From assembly GCA_039802605.1 (NCBI GenBank), contig JBDRWW010000003.1:1-64000 (forward strand): 64,000 bases of DNA, in the 5' to 3' direction. This DNA comes from a candidate division WOR-3 bacterium. Lineage in GTDB: Bacteria > Hydrothermota > Hydrothermia > LBFQ01. Below the pieces are notes generated by a model, which saw only the letters and a list, made by a program, of their open reading frames with translations, ran no database searches and was not told where the DNA came from. Both the position numbers and the translations under genes were made by a program. Below are positions 10,232 to 20,814 of this stretch, piece by piece (position 1 is the stretch's first letter; every line of letters begins with the position of its first letter).

Positions 10232-11145
10232 GGGTTTTGGTTGTTGATGATTCGCCATTTGTAAGGGGTGTTGTTAAAAGCGTTTTGAGTAAGGAGGGTT
10301 TTGAGGTTTTAACGGCTTCAAGCGTTAAAGAGGGTATAGAAATGCTGAATGAAAATCCGGATTTAATAATTTTGGATATACACCTACCCGATGGAGAGGG
10401 TTTTGAAATCCTTAAATATTACCCACCGGAAAAGGTTTTGGTTTTTTCCTCGGATAAGGATATTGCTTTAAGGGCTTTGGAGTTAGGGGTTTTGGACTTC
10501 TTACCGAAGCCCCAACATCCGGGGGATATGGCAAAAGTTGTACTACTTGCCCGTGAGGTCTTGTTTCCGGAGGAAGGAAAACCCTTAAAAATTCCTACGG
10601 CTCAAAAGGAAAAATTTAGGCCCGAAATCGTCCTTGTGGGTGCTTCAAGCGGATCCCCAAAATCCCTTATAAAAATCTTTTCCGAAAAAAAGGTTAATAT
10701 ACCCGTAATTATATGCCTACACATTCAAAAGTACTTTGCGGAATCCTTCGCGGAAAGGTTAGGCGCAAAGGTCATATATCCAGAGGGTGGTACAATATCC
10801 GTTGATAAATATTTGTTATACCCATCCACAAATTACAGGTTTGTTTCAAAATACACCATAAAGGAAGATAAAACCGATACACCCTTTAAACCATCGGTTG
10901 ATATAATATTCTCTTCTGCGGCCAAATTTTTTAAAGATAAAACCCTTGGAATAATTTTAAGTGGCATTGGAAAGGATGGACAAAAAGGCGCTATGGAGAT
11001 TAAAAACTTTAACGGTAAGGTTTTGGCCCAGGACAAAAGGGTTGCACCTGTATGGGGTATGCCATCGGCGGTTGTGGGAATAGCAGACGAATTCTTAACG
11101 GATGAGGGCATAATAAAATCCTTGGAGGATTGGGGGGTTTTCTGA
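10228..11145 (+). CDS. cheB: CheB-like response regulator-methylesterase
   Basis: Receiver (VVDD, LDIHLP, LPKP) plus methylesterase (GASSGS, LH, PSVD, SGIGKDG, VWGMP). Confidence 0.8.
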   Translation: MRVLVVDDSPFVRGVVKSVLSKEGFEVLTASSVKEGIEMLNENPDLIILDIHLPDGEGFEILKYYPPEKVLVFSSDKDIALRALELGVLDFLPKPQHPGDMAKVVLLAREVLFPEEGKPLKIPTAQKEKFRPEIVLVGASSGSPKSLIKIFSEKKVNIPVIICLHIQKYFAESFAERLGAKVIYPEGGTISVDKYLLYPSTNYRFVSKYTIKEDKTDTPFKPSVDIIFSSAAKFFKDKTLGIILSGIGKDGQKGAMEIKNFNGKVLAQDKRVAPVWGMPSAVVGIADEFLTDEGIIKSLEDWGVF

Positions 11146-12236
11146 TGAATTTAAGGGTTGCGGGTTTGTTTATCCTTGGAATATTCGTTTTTTCGGGTAT
11201 GTTTTTATCCCTTTGGGCGGTTTCAAAACTTGAAAAGAATTCTAAGGAAAGTTCAAAATCCCTTTCCATGTTAATATCTTCACTACTCGTTTCATCATTA
11301 ACATATGAGGAAACTTATTCAAAACTCCAAGAAGTTATAAGCGGTATCGATTTCCCCGTGGCCATTATTGACAACGACGGGAAGGTTAGGGCATACAAAA
11401 ATGTTAATGAGGAAAATATACACAAACTGAGGTTTAAGGAAGATATAATGTATTACGACAAAAAAATCGGGGAATTGAAATACGATTATCCGGCTTATAC
11501 GAGGGTATTGCGAATGATTACCCTTATCCTTTATGGGGGTATGGCGATTTTTATATTCCTGATAATTTATTCATTTTACTTTTCCCTGAGGTATGAGCAG
11601 GTGGAATTTTGGATGGGTTTTGCCAAGGGTTTGGCGCACCAACTCGCAACCCCCGTTTCATCTCTTTACGGATGGTATGAGATCGTCAAGGAAAATATAC
11701 CCGAGGATGCTAGGATAGGTATAAAGAAGGATTTAGAAAGGTTATCCTCCGTTTTAAGGAGGTTTTCAAAGTTGGGAGGAACTTTAATATTGGGGGATAT
11801 AGATGTTGTTAAGGTTGTTGAAAGTGTTGTAAAGGATATGGCCGAAAGGTATCGTAATTCCGCAAACATTACATTCATAGGGGAGGGTATAATAACGGTA
11901 AAGGGGGATGCGGAGCTTTTGGGATGGGCTGTTGAAAATATGATTAAAAATTCCGTTGAGGCGGGCGCGGATAAAATAAAGGTTAATGTGAAAATAGTCA
12001 AAAACAGGGTTTGCATATCAATAGTTGATAACGGTAAGGGTTTCTCCAAAAACGAACAAAAAATGGCCTTTAAAAAATCGTTCTCAACAAAGCAAAGGGG
12101 TTGGGGTGTGGGTTTAATGCTTGTTAAAAAGATTGCGGATATACACAAGGGAACGGTTTTTATAGAAAAAAGCGATCCCTTTTTTGAGACCATAATAACC
12201 CTTTGTATTCCTTATAAAAGTGCGACCCCGTTATAA
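11145..12236 (+). CDS. Membrane sensor histidine kinase
   Basis: Two TM helices, LAHQLATP H-box, ENMIKNS, DNGKG, GWGVGL; TGATG overlap with cheB stop. Confidence 0.9.
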   Translation: MNLRVAGLFILGIFVFSGMFLSLWAVSKLEKNSKESSKSLSMLISSLLVSSLTYEETYSKLQEVISGIDFPVAIIDNDGKVRAYKNVNEENIHKLRFKEDIMYYDKKIGELKYDYPAYTRVLRMITLILYGGMAIFIFLIIYSFYFSLRYEQVEFWMGFAKGLAHQLATPVSSLYGWYEIVKENIPEDARIGIKKDLERLSSVLRRFSKLGGTLILGDIDVVKVVESVVKDMAERYRNSANITFIGEGIITVKGDAELLGWAVENMIKNSVEAGADKIKVNVKIVKNRVCISIVDNGKGFSKNEQKMAFKKSFSTKQRGWGVGLMLVKKIADIHKGTVFIEKSDPFFETIITLCIPYKSATPL

Positions 12237-12294
12237 GATTTTCCCTTACAGTAAATATTTCAACCTTATAATATCTTGATACAGAGGTAATAAA

Positions 12295-12381
12295 ATGTTG
12301 GAAAGGTTTGGTGTATTTTGGAAATCAAAATCTTTTATAATTTTTTCATACATTAAACGGCTTTATAATCTTAGGCTATGA
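12295..12381 (+). CDS. Possible 28-aa leader ORF overlapping the fur-family start
   Basis: TATAAT 12267-72, GAGG SD, ATG 12295, stop TGA overlaps next ATG (ATGA). Confidence 0.3.
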   Translation: MLERFGVFWKSKSFIIFSYIKRLYNLRL

Positions 12382-12749
12382 GGATGACAAAGCAAAGGGA
12401 AGCCATCCTGCAAATTTTAAGGGAGCGCGGGAATCACCCAACGGCTTTGGAGATATACGATTTGGCCAAAAGGGTGATTCCCGAAATAAGTTTATCAACC
12501 ATTTACAGGACATTAAAGGAGATGGTTGAAAGGGGTGAAATAACCGAACTACATATAGAAGGAGAAACTAAGGCCAGATACGACTTAAACCACGATAACC
12601 ACGCCCATTTTAAGTGTAGGGAGTGTGGCAGGATTTTTGACATAGACATAATGTTCCCCCTTAAACTTGTCGGTTTCAAGGTGGAGAAGATGGATATATA
12701 CATATACGGTTTATGTAGCGAATGCGCAAAAAAGGAGGTATTGGCATGA
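12378..12749 (+). CDS. Fur-family regulator, PerR-like
   Basis: [38 protein letters not shown]. Confidence 0.9.
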   Translation: MRMTKQREAILQILRERGNHPTALEIYDLAKRVIPEISLSTIYRTLKEMVERGEITELHIEGETKARYDLNHDNHAHFKCRECGRIFDIDIMFPLKLVGFKVEKMDIYIYGLCSECAKKEVLA

Positions 12750-12952
12750 AAAAGGGAATACATCCCGAATATTATGAGGATGCGGTTATAAAGTGCGCTT
12801 GTGGAAATGTTATAAAAACGGGTTCCACGAAGAAGGAAATACATGTGGAGATATGCGGCGCGTGCCATCCGTTTTATACCGGACAACTAAAACAGGTGGT
12901 TGATACAGGGGGTAGGGTTAGGAGATTCAAGGAAAGGTATGGTATTAAGTAG
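12746..12952 (+). CDS. rpmE: 50S ribosomal protein L31 (Zn-binding form)
   Basis: [31 protein letters not shown]. Confidence 0.97.
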   Translation: MKKGIHPEYYEDAVIKCACGNVIKTGSTKKEIHVEICGACHPFYTGQLKQVVDTGGRVRRFKERYGIK

Positions 12953-13286
12953 CATAATTTTTGCCCAAGTGGGCGGTTGGGTTTTTATAGATCCCGACAG
13001 ACCCGTTGGAAATGCTAAGGGTTGGAGGATTCAGGTTGGCGCCTTCATATACCGCCAAAACGCCGAAAAAACGGCCACCATCCTTGATAAAAGGATAAAC
13101 CTACCGATATACATAGTTGTGGAAAATCCCTGGTACAAAGTTCTTGTAGGCGATTTCAGGACGAAAGAGGAAGCCGAAGAATATATTGAAATCATTCACA
13201 AATTGGGCTATTCGGATGCGTTTGTGAGGGAAAGCCCTATAAACCTTCAAAACGACGAAAATGTAGCGCCTTCGGGTGGTCCTTAA
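12939..13286 (+). CDS. SPOR-domain protein
   Basis: WRIQVGAF....[21 protein letters not shown]. Confidence 0.85.
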   Translation: MVLSSIIFAQVGGWVFIDPDRPVGNAKGWRIQVGAFIYRQNAEKTATILDKRINLPIYIVVENPWYKVLVGDFRTKEEAEEYIEIIHKLGYSDAFVRESPINLQNDENVAPSGGP

Positions 13287-13289
13287 AGC

Positions 13290-13841
13290 ATGATAAAGGT
13301 GGGTGTGTTCTGCGATGTTGAGAATGTTGTCTCCACTTTTGCTTTGGTTAAAAGTAGGGTTCAATTTGACAGGATTTTAAAGTTTATAGAAGACGAATGT
13401 AAGAAAGAAGGCAAAACTCTGTGGAAGGCCGTGGCGTTTGTTCCCAAAAGGGAAGCGCATGAAAACCTGATAAATGCATTGTCCTTTCAGGGTTGGAGGG
13501 TTATAAGTAGGCCTGTAAGGAAATTACCCGACGGTTCCATAAAGGCAAACATGGATTTAGAGATAGCCATTGAAATTTTACAAACGGCCCCATACCTTGA
13601 TGAAGTGGTGTTAATAAGCGGGGATGGGGATTTTGTTCCCTTAATAGACCTTTTGAGTAAAATGGGGAAAAGAATATGGGTTATAGGAACCCGTAAGGGT
13701 TCCGTTGCCATAGAGCTCATCCGCGTTGCGGACAGGTATATGAACATTACCGATATACCGGAGGAATACGAAGCGTTAAAATTCTATGAAGACCTTTTTG
13801 AGCATCCAAATTCCGGAGAACAGGATAGCGAAATTCCCTAG
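13290..13841 (+). CDS. NYN-domain (LabA/DUF88) protein
   Basis: FCDVEN, KANMDLEIA, LISGDGDFVPL, L..VADRY. Confidence 0.88.
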   Translation: MIKVGVFCDVENVVSTFALVKSRVQFDRILKFIEDECKKEGKTLWKAVAFVPKREAHENLINALSFQGWRVISRPVRKLPDGSIKANMDLEIAIEILQTAPYLDEVVLISGDGDFVPLIDLLSKMGKRIWVIGTRKGSVAIELIRVADRYMNITDIPEEYEALKFYEDLFEHPNSGEQDSEIP

Positions 13842-14775
13842 GGGGAAGGGTAAATCCCTTTTGATGGTTGTAAGGAGAAACCCTTTTTCCATTGAACACC
13901 GTAAATTTTACGAGATCGTTGATATATTAACCCCGGAGTATATGCTAATACTCAACAACACCAAGGTTTTAAAGGCCAGATTACCTTTAAGGAAACCTTC
14001 CGGGAGGTTTGTGGATTTACTCTTCGTGGGATTTGATGAAAGGGGATTCATAAGAGGTATGTTGAAGGGTAGGGTTAAGGATGGGTGGATACTTAAAACG
14101 CCGAAAGGCGCGGAGTTTTTGGTAATGGGAAGGGATAGTGAAGGATATGTACTTTTGGAATTTAAGGGGAATATTTTTGAAGTTTTGGAAGAAGAGGGTA
14201 GGATGCCTCTGCCTCCCTACATTAAAAGGGATGTCTTACCCGAAGATGAGGAGTATTACCAAACCGTATATGCGGAAAAGCCCGGTTCAATAGCCGCCCC
14301 AACCGCAGGATTACATTTTACGGAAGAAATATTAAAGAAACTCCAAGAGAAGGATGTAAAGATAAGGTTTATAACCCTTCATGTGGGACCGGGTACTTTT
14401 AAACCCGTTAAGGATATAGAAAGCCATAAGATGGATGAAGAATATTACGAAATACCCGAAGAAACCCTAAAAGAGATATTGGAACACCGCAAAAGGGGTG
14501 GAAAGATTTTAGCGGTGGGTACCACAACCGTTAGAACGCTTGAAAGTTGGGCTATAACGGGAAAGGTAAGGGGTTATACCGATTTGTTTATAAAGCCGCC
14601 CTTTGAGTTTAAAATGACCGATGCCTTATTAACGAATTTTCATTTGCCCGATGGGACACCTATATTATTAGTAGCGGCTTTCCTCGGGGAGGAAAAAACA
14701 ATGGCGGCATACGAGGAAGCCCTTAAAAGGGACTATATGTTTTTCTCATATGGTGATGCCATGCTTATACTATGA
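13786..14775 (+). CDS. queA: S-adenosylmethionine:tRNA ribosyltransferase-isomerase
   Basis: PLPPYIKR, YQTVYA, AAPTAGLHF, TLHVG.GTF, TNFHLP, FSYGDAML. Confidence 0.96.
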   Translation: MKTFLSIQIPENRIAKFPRGKGKSLLMVVRRNPFSIEHRKFYEIVDILTPEYMLILNNTKVLKARLPLRKPSGRFVDLLFVGFDERGFIRGMLKGRVKDGWILKTPKGAEFLVMGRDSEGYVLLEFKGNIFEVLEEEGRMPLPPYIKRDVLPEDEEYYQTVYAEKPGSIAAPTAGLHFTEEILKKLQEKDVKIRFITLHVGPGTFKPVKDIESHKMDEEYYEIPEETLKEILEHRKRGGKILAVGTTTVRTLESWAITGKVRGYTDLFIKPPFEFKMTDALLTNFHLPDGTPILLVAAFLGEEKTMAAYEEALKRDYMFFSYGDAMLIL

Positions 14776-15740
14776 GGGTGTTGGTTTTGTTATCTTTAAT
14801 TTTTTTATCGTGCGCCCAAAGGGGTGAAAAGGTTTATGTTATACTGAAAAGGGGTGAAAGCTTGGACGTTTTTTTAAATAAACTTAAAGGGGAAGGCGTA
14901 ATAAAAAACCCCACGATTTTAAAAATCCTTTTAAGGTTTTCCGGAATTGATAAGGCTTTAAAACCCGGAAGGTATGTATTTTACAAAAATCAAAACGAAA
15001 TAAGCGCTTTTATCTCCATAAAAAAAGGACCCGAAATGTCTTATGTTAAATTCACGATAAAGGAGGGAGATGCTATAAGGGATATGGTTAAAAGTGTAAA
15101 AGATTTGGATTTGGATCCGGTAAAAATTATGCGGCTTTCAAGGGATACCATCTTCATTTCGTATTTATCCCAAAGATACAATTTCCCATTTCTAAAAGGG
15201 AAAAGATCCTTGGAAGGTTTCTTATACCCGGATACATATTTCTTGGATTACGGCATTACGGAAGAGGAGTTTTTTCTTCCTCCCTTGCGTAGGTTTAAAG
15301 AGGTTTGGGATTCCTTAGATGTGGAAAATAAAGCCGAGAATGTTGGTTTAACGCCTTACGGGGTTCTAATTTTGGCCTCTATTGTGGAAAAAGAGGCGGT
15401 TCTTGAATACGAAAAGCCCTTAATAGCATCGGTTTTTTTAAACAGGTTGAAAAGGGGTATGCCTTTGGCGGCTGATCCAACAATAAAATACATCCTTGAA
15501 AACCCACCAAAAATATTATCCTATAAGCACACCACAATTGAAAGTCCATACAACACTTATAAATATCCGGGATTGCCCCCTACACCCGTATGCTCTCCAT
15601 CCGCTTCAACTATATATTATGTTCTAAACCCTACTAAAACCGATTACTTATACTTTTCTTCCAAAGATGGAACAGAGCACTATTTCGCAAAAACATATAA
15701 AGAGCACTTACGCAATGTGAAAAGAATGGAATTAAGGTAA
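14772..15740 (+). CDS. mltG: Endolytic transglycosylase
   Basis: LEGFLYPDTY, LASIVEKE, VFLNRL..GM.L..DPT, SPYNTY..PGLPPTP. Confidence 0.92.
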   Translation: MRVLVLLSLIFLSCAQRGEKVYVILKRGESLDVFLNKLKGEGVIKNPTILKILLRFSGIDKALKPGRYVFYKNQNEISAFISIKKGPEMSYVKFTIKEGDAIRDMVKSVKDLDLDPVKIMRLSRDTIFISYLSQRYNFPFLKGKRSLEGFLYPDTYFLDYGITEEEFFLPPLRRFKEVWDSLDVENKAENVGLTPYGVLILASIVEKEAVLEYEKPLIASVFLNRLKRGMPLAADPTIKYILENPPKILSYKHTTIESPYNTYKYPGLPPTPVCSPSASTIYYVLNPTKTDYLYFSSKDGTEHYFAKTYKEHLRNVKRMELR

Positions 15741-16136
15741 TTTTAACAATTCCAACAATGCCCTTGCCGCTTCCCTCCCCTTATTACCCAATTTACCACC
15801 CGATCTATTTATGGCCTGTTCCAAATTATCCACGGTTAATATCGCATGGGTTATGGGGATAACCTTTTCCATTGAAAACCTAATTATGTTCGTTATAACG
15901 GAATTCGCCAGAAACTCCCAATGCTTGGTTTCCCCTTTTATTATGCATCCTACGGCTATAAAACCCTTGTAGTTACCCTCTTGGTAAAGTTTTGATATTC
16001 CATAAGGTATTTCTGATGCCCCCGGCACCCATAGTACCTTAAACCCTTCCCCTTCCTTTTCCAACTCCTCAATACACCCCCTTACAAGCCTTTCCGTTAT
16101 AAAATCGTTAAACCTTGAAGATACTATACCTATCAA
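15732..16136 (-). CDS. ribH: 6,7-dimethyl-8-ribityllumazine synthase
   Basis: SRFN.FIT, VPGASEIP, GCIIKGET.H, GNKG.EAA. Confidence 0.92.
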   Translation of the reverse strand: MIGIVSSRFNDFITERLVRGCIEELEKEGEGFKVLWVPGASEIPYGISKLYQEGNYKGFIAVGCIIKGETKHWEFLANSVITNIIRFSMEKVIPITHAILTVDNLEQAINRSGGKLGNKGREAARALLELLKLP

Positions 16137-17714
16137 TTATTTACTCTTCCCCCCTTCCTCTTTACCCTCGGGCAAAAGTATATAAACTTCAACCCTTCTG
16201 TCGCTTGCGAGCCCCTTACCCGTAGGCTCAAATATTGTATAGTTTTCAACTATAAACCTACTCTCATCCAGGTCAAACTGCCTCATTAAGTATTCCTTAA
16301 CCGCCAATGCCCTCTTTTGTGATAGGAGTTCGTTGTAAAAGGCTCCACCCCTCCTATCGGCATGCCCCCTTATTACAGCCTTTGCATAGGGCTCTTCAAC
16401 GAGCATTCTACCAACCTTATCAAGTTCGCTTTGGTAATTAGACTTTATTATAGTTTTGTCGGTGTCAAAATACACCGTTGCAACGAGTTGGGGCTTCCTT
16501 GAAAGCTTCTTATACAGTTTAACCTTAACAACCGCATCCGTCATCAAGGAAACACCAACATCCACCGGTTGATAACCTTCATCCGTTTTTGATATTGTAA
16601 GCAGGTAATTTGACCTCGGTAAAGAATCTTCCCTGTAAGTTCCCGCATTATCCGTTTTTGCCTCCTTACTAACCTTACCAACGATTTTTATATCCGCACC
16701 CTGTATGGGTTTTCCGGATAGGGAATCAACCACCATAACTATAAGCGAGGCGGTTTTGGCTTCCTCTTCCGCAGGTATCGCGACACCTATCGGTCCTCCA
16801 ACACCCCCTCCCGGGACGGGTTGGAATATCCTTTCGGCTATACGGGCGGGTGATACATGCGCCCCTACAAACAATTCCCAGTTCCACTCCCACTTTTTAG
16901 GTTCCTTGGGTGAAAAATAATACCTGTTAGTATAATAGTTCCAAGTTAAATTGGTTCCAGCCGAAAGAACCAACCCACCGTTAAAGAATTTATACCTTGC
17001 CATTGGGGTGACGAATACGAAATCTTGATTAAACCCTAAGGGTCCATAATACTTGATTTCAAAACCGGATTCCAAATCATAATAAGAGGTAAATAAACCA
17101 AATCCAACAAACAGAGGCGTTTTTGTTAAACCAAAACTCCCTTCATCAACATTATAACCAAAGCCAAGGGCGGCGTTTAAGAGTAGCCTAAAGGACCAAA
17201 GTTCCCTTACAAAATCGTAACCGGTTGCCAATCCCGCCCTGGCCCCGTGCAAACCTTCACGGATTTTTATAGAATCCCTTAACATACTGCAATCCGGGGG
17301 AACGCATATTTCCGTGGCCTGCCTTTCACCCGTGGCGATGGTTCCGTTTAGTATTACGGAAACTCCCCAATTCCTTTTATCCAAAAACTGCCATTTTACC
17401 CCGAAATCAAAGTCCCTCATTCCTCCGAACCATCTCCTTTGGGGGGATAGAGCGGTATCCGGAAGCCAGTTCATACCCTTTAATGTGGCGAAAACCTCTA
17501 ACCTCCGAATTGGTACGGCGTTTATAGATCCCCAACCGAAGAGGAATTCCTCAATGCCGTATGGACTACTCCATACTTGCTTGGGATATACCGTTGTTTG
17601 CAGGTAGTTGAGATATCCCCCAGATACGAGCTTTTCCGAGGATGCCCTCCAGTCAAACATATCAAAATAACCGCCAAGGCCCGTATTTGATAGGTATGAT
17701 ATTAGTATTATCAT
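16137..17714 (-). CDS. OmpA-family outer-membrane protein (beta-rich N-terminus, carboxypeptidase-regulatory-like domain, OmpA C-terminal domain)
   Basis: VYFDTDK, GHAD.RG...YN..LS.KRA..V, RRVE. Confidence 0.85.
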   Translation of the reverse strand: MIILISYLSNTGLGGYFDMFDWRASSEKLVSGGYLNYLQTTVYPKQVWSSPYGIEEFLFGWGSINAVPIRRLEVFATLKGMNWLPDTALSPQRRWFGGMRDFDFGVKWQFLDKRNWGVSVILNGTIATGERQATEICVPPDCSMLRDSIKIREGLHGARAGLATGYDFVRELWSFRLLLNAALGFGYNVDEGSFGLTKTPLFVGFGLFTSYYDLESGFEIKYYGPLGFNQDFVFVTPMARYKFFNGGLVLSAGTNLTWNYYTNRYYFSPKEPKKWEWNWELFVGAHVSPARIAERIFQPVPGGGVGGPIGVAIPAEEEAKTASLIVMVVDSLSGKPIQGADIKIVGKVSKEAKTDNAGTYREDSLPRSNYLLTISKTDEGYQPVDVGVSLMTDAVVKVKLYKKLSRKPQLVATVYFDTDKTIIKSNYQSELDKVGRMLVEEPYAKAVIRGHADRRGGAFYNELLSQKRALAVKEYLMRQFDLDESRFIVENYTIFEPTGKGLASDRRVEVYILLPEGKEEGGKSK

Positions 17715-17717
17715 AAG

Positions 17718-17791
17718 TGCCCCGCGAGGGATTTGAACCCCCGACCCGCGGATTAAGAATCCGCTGCTCTACCGGGCTGAGCTAGCGGGGC
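17718..17791 (-). tRNA. tRNA-Lys (CTT), CCA not encoded
   Basis: GCCCCGC/GCGGGGC acceptor stem, GCGGA-TTCTTAA-TCCGC anticodon arm, GGTTCAAATCC T-arm. Confidence 0.95.
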
Positions 17792-17821
17792 AAACGGGGT
17801 TGATATTATAAGGGGGAAATT

Positions 17822-18805
17822 TTATTTTTGTGGAAACCTTTTTAAAAAAGCAAACAGGTTAGATATATCCTTTGGAACCGGTGCTATAAATTCCATATAG
17901 CTGGCCCTTGTTGGATGCCTTATTATCAATTTCCAGGCGTGTAATGCTTGCCTATGTATAATATTTAATACATCTTCAATGGGTGCTTTTTTACCCTTCA
18001 ATGCATTAATAATTTTCCCCATATCCCTTCCGGAATATACGGGATCCCCTATTACTGGATGTCCAAAATATTCCATATGAACCCTTATCTGATGCGTTCT
18101 CCCGGTTTTAAGGCTAACCTTTAAAAGTGTCGCAAAGTCAAATATAACCAAGGGTTCAAAGTCCGTTATGGCCGGTTTTGAATTTATAACCGTTATTGCC
18201 ATCCTTTCGCGGTGTAGTGGGTGTCTCCCTATTGGGGCCTCTATGGTTCCCGGTTTTTCAACTATTCCCCAAACGAGGGCCAAATATATCCTTTTTGCTT
18301 CCTTTAAAGCAATCTGTCTTGCCAATTCCCTTACGGCTCTTTCGCTCTTTCCCACAACCATCACACCCGATGTATCTTTATCCAATCTATGCACTACCCC
18401 AGGCCTTTTTCTCTCCGCACCCGGGGCGTTTAAGAGTTTGTTATAAAGGGCGTTAACAAGGGTTCCGGTGAAATGACCCTTGGCGGGATGTACAACCTCT
18501 CCGGGTGGTTTGTTTATAACTATAATGTCTTCATCCTCATAAATTATATTCACCTCCCTTTCCTCTGGAATTATTATATCCGGAGGTTCTTCAATTTCAA
18601 ACTCCGCATATATTACATCGCCCGCTTTAACCTTATAACTCGGTTTAACGGTTCTGTTATTAACCAAAACCTTTCCCCCTTCTATTAATTCCCTTATTTT
18701 AGTCCTTGATAAACCGCACCCACTTATGTAAAGGTATGTATCAACCCTTATATTCTGATTCTTCGGATTTACTATCCGACGAAATACTTTCCTTTTCTTT
18801 TCCAT
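17822..18805 (-). CDS. rluD: RluA-family pseudouridine synthase with S4 domain (RluD-like)
   Basis: S4 domain, [33 protein letters not shown]. Confidence 0.85.
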   Translation of the reverse strand: MEKKRKVFRRIVNPKNQNIRVDTYLYISGCGLSRTKIRELIEGGKVLVNNRTVKPSYKVKAGDVIYAEFEIEEPPDIIIPEEREVNIIYEDEDIIVINKPPGEVVHPAKGHFTGTLVNALYNKLLNAPGAERKRPGVVHRLDKDTSGVMVVGKSERAVRELARQIALKEAKRIYLALVWGIVEKPGTIEAPIGRHPLHRERMAITVINSKPAITDFEPLVIFDFATLLKVSLKTGRTHQIRVHMEYFGHPVIGDPVYSGRDMGKIINALKGKKAPIEDVLNIIHRQALHAWKLIIRHPTRASYMEFIAPVPKDISNLFAFLKRFPQK

Positions 18806-20615
18806 CTTTTAAAAGTTCTTCAAGTTCTTCCCCGCTTATTGTTTCCTTTTCAAGGAGCGCCTGGGCTATTTTGTGAAGGCTCTCTATATTTTCCCTCAAT
18901 ATCTTCTCCGCCCTATTCTCAGCCCATTCAACGATCCTTTTTATCTCCTCGTCAATTATCCTTAAAGTTTCTTCCGATATTGGGGTTTTTAATCCCAAAT
19001 CCCTACCCAAGAATATTTCCCTCTGGGTTTTCCCAAATGTGGCGGGTCCGAGCTTTTCCGACATTCCCCATTCCGTCACCATTTTTCTTGCAATTTCCGT
19101 TACCCTTTCCAGATCGTTTGCCGCCCCGGTTGATAGGTTACCAAATATTATTTTTTCCGCAACCCTTCCCCCCATAAGCACCGTTATCATGTCCTCTATG
19201 TATTCCTTTGTCATGAGTTTTTTATCCTCTTCGGGAACCGCAACGGTAACCCCTAGGGCCATACCCCTTGGAATAACCGTAACCTTGTGTACGGGATCGG
19301 CGTTAGGAAGGAGTTTTGAGAGTAAGGCGTGCCCAGCCTCGTGATATGCAACCCTTTTCTTTTCCTCTGGATTCAATGCCCCTTCCTTTGCTACACCCAT
19401 CATAACCTTATCAACCGCCTCTTCCAAATCGCTCTGTTCTACAAACTTCTTATTTCTCCTCGCCGCAAGCAGGGCAGCCTCATTTATAACATTCGCCAAA
19501 TCCGCACCCGAAAAACCCGGGGTTATCCTTGCTATCTTTTTTAAATCCACATCCGGCGCGAGTTTAACCTTCCGGGCGTGTATTTTTAATATCTCATACC
19601 TACCCTCAACATCGGGTCTATCAACAACAACAACCCTATCAAACCTTCCCGGCCTCAACAACGCCGGATCCAAGATGTCCGGCCTATTCGTTGCCGCTAT
19701 AACGATAATGCCCGTACCCGCCTCAAATCCATCCATTTCCACCAACAGTTGGTTTAAGGTTTGTTCCCTTTCATCATGACCACCGCCTATTCCGGCACCC
19801 CTTACCCTGCCCACCGCATCTATTTCATCTATAAATACAATAGCTGGGGCAAGTCTTTTTGCCTTTTCAAACAAATCTCTAACCCTTGCGGCCCCGACTC
19901 CTACAAACATTTCAACGAATTCCGAACCGGAAATGGATATAAATGGAACACCCGCTTCACCGGCAACAGCCCTTGCCAACAGGGTTTTACCCGTACCCGG
20001 AGGTCCTACCAATAGAACACCTTTTGGTACCCTCGCACCCAAAGATGCATACTTTTGGGGATTTTTCAGATAATCCACTATCTCTTTTAACTCCTCTTTT
20101 GCCTCTTTCACATCCGCCACATCGTCAAATGTAACTTTGGGTTTATCCTCCGTATAAATTTTTGCCCTGCTCTTTCCGAAATCAAAGGCCCTACTAACAT
20201 TACCGTCCATCTGACGGAACATAAAAAACCATAGAAACATTAGTATGAGTATCCAAGGTAGATATCCGATAATCATTTCCATCCACATCTGCTTGGGCTT
20301 GAATTTAACTATTACCCCGCTTTCCACAAGTTCCCTAAAAGTATTCTCGTCGTTGAAGGGTAAATAAAGGTGAAAATTCTTTACCTGCTTATCACCGATT
20401 ATAATAGATTGTTTTAACACACCAAAAACCTCATTTTCTCTAACAACAATGGTATCAATGTTTCCGGAATTTACCTGTTCAACAAAGGTGTTGTATGTAA
20501 TTTCCACACTCCCCGTGTTTTGCAGTGTAAAAAACTGCAAAGCCAAAAACCCCACCAATATCAAAATCCCCCAAATTACGAGTGTTGTAATAAAAGAATT
20601 CCCTTTCCTTTCCAT
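18741..20615 (-). CDS. ftsH: ATP-dependent zinc metalloprotease FtsH
   Basis: Two TM helices, [30 protein letters not shown]. Confidence 0.98.
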   Translation of the reverse strand: MERKGNSFITTLVIWGILILVGFLALQFFTLQNTGSVEITYNTFVEQVNSGNIDTIVVRENEVFGVLKQSIIIGDKQVKNFHLYLPFNDENTFRELVESGVIVKFKPKQMWMEMIIGYLPWILILMFLWFFMFRQMDGNVSRAFDFGKSRAKIYTEDKPKVTFDDVADVKEAKEELKEIVDYLKNPQKYASLGARVPKGVLLVGPPGTGKTLLARAVAGEAGVPFISISGSEFVEMFVGVGAARVRDLFEKAKRLAPAIVFIDEIDAVGRVRGAGIGGGHDEREQTLNQLLVEMDGFEAGTGIIVIAATNRPDILDPALLRPGRFDRVVVVDRPDVEGRYEILKIHARKVKLAPDVDLKKIARITPGFSGADLANVINEAALLAARRNKKFVEQSDLEEAVDKVMMGVAKEGALNPEEKKRVAYHEAGHALLSKLLPNADPVHKVTVIPRGMALGVTVAVPEEDKKLMTKEYIEDMITVLMGGRVAEKIIFGNLSTGAANDLERVTEIARKMVTEWGMSEKLGPATFGKTQREIFLGRDLGLKTPISEETLRIIDEEIKRIVEWAENRAEKILRENIESLHKIAQALLEKETISGEELEELLKDGKEKESISSDSKSEESEYKG

Positions 20616-20665
20616 CTGTTCGTTTATTCTAAGGTTGATAAACTTTATAAGGATTACCCTTTTGT

Positions 20666-20734
20666 CTTGACAAACCCCTACCCAAAAGGTATAATTGAAA
20701 GGTTTGAATGATAGGCGAGAATAACGGGATGGGG
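20666..20734 (+). repeat. 69-bp direct repeat, copy 1 (duplicated rRNA promoter/leader)
   Basis: 67/69 identical to 21452-21520; contains TTGACA(20667)-17-TATAAT(20690). Confidence 0.95.
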
Positions 20735-20814
20735 GCTGAATTATAGGCCCTTATGGGCTTAACCCCCTTTCGCCCATAGGGGTCTTGGGAAAAAGGGGGG
20801 AAGGAGGTAAAGGT

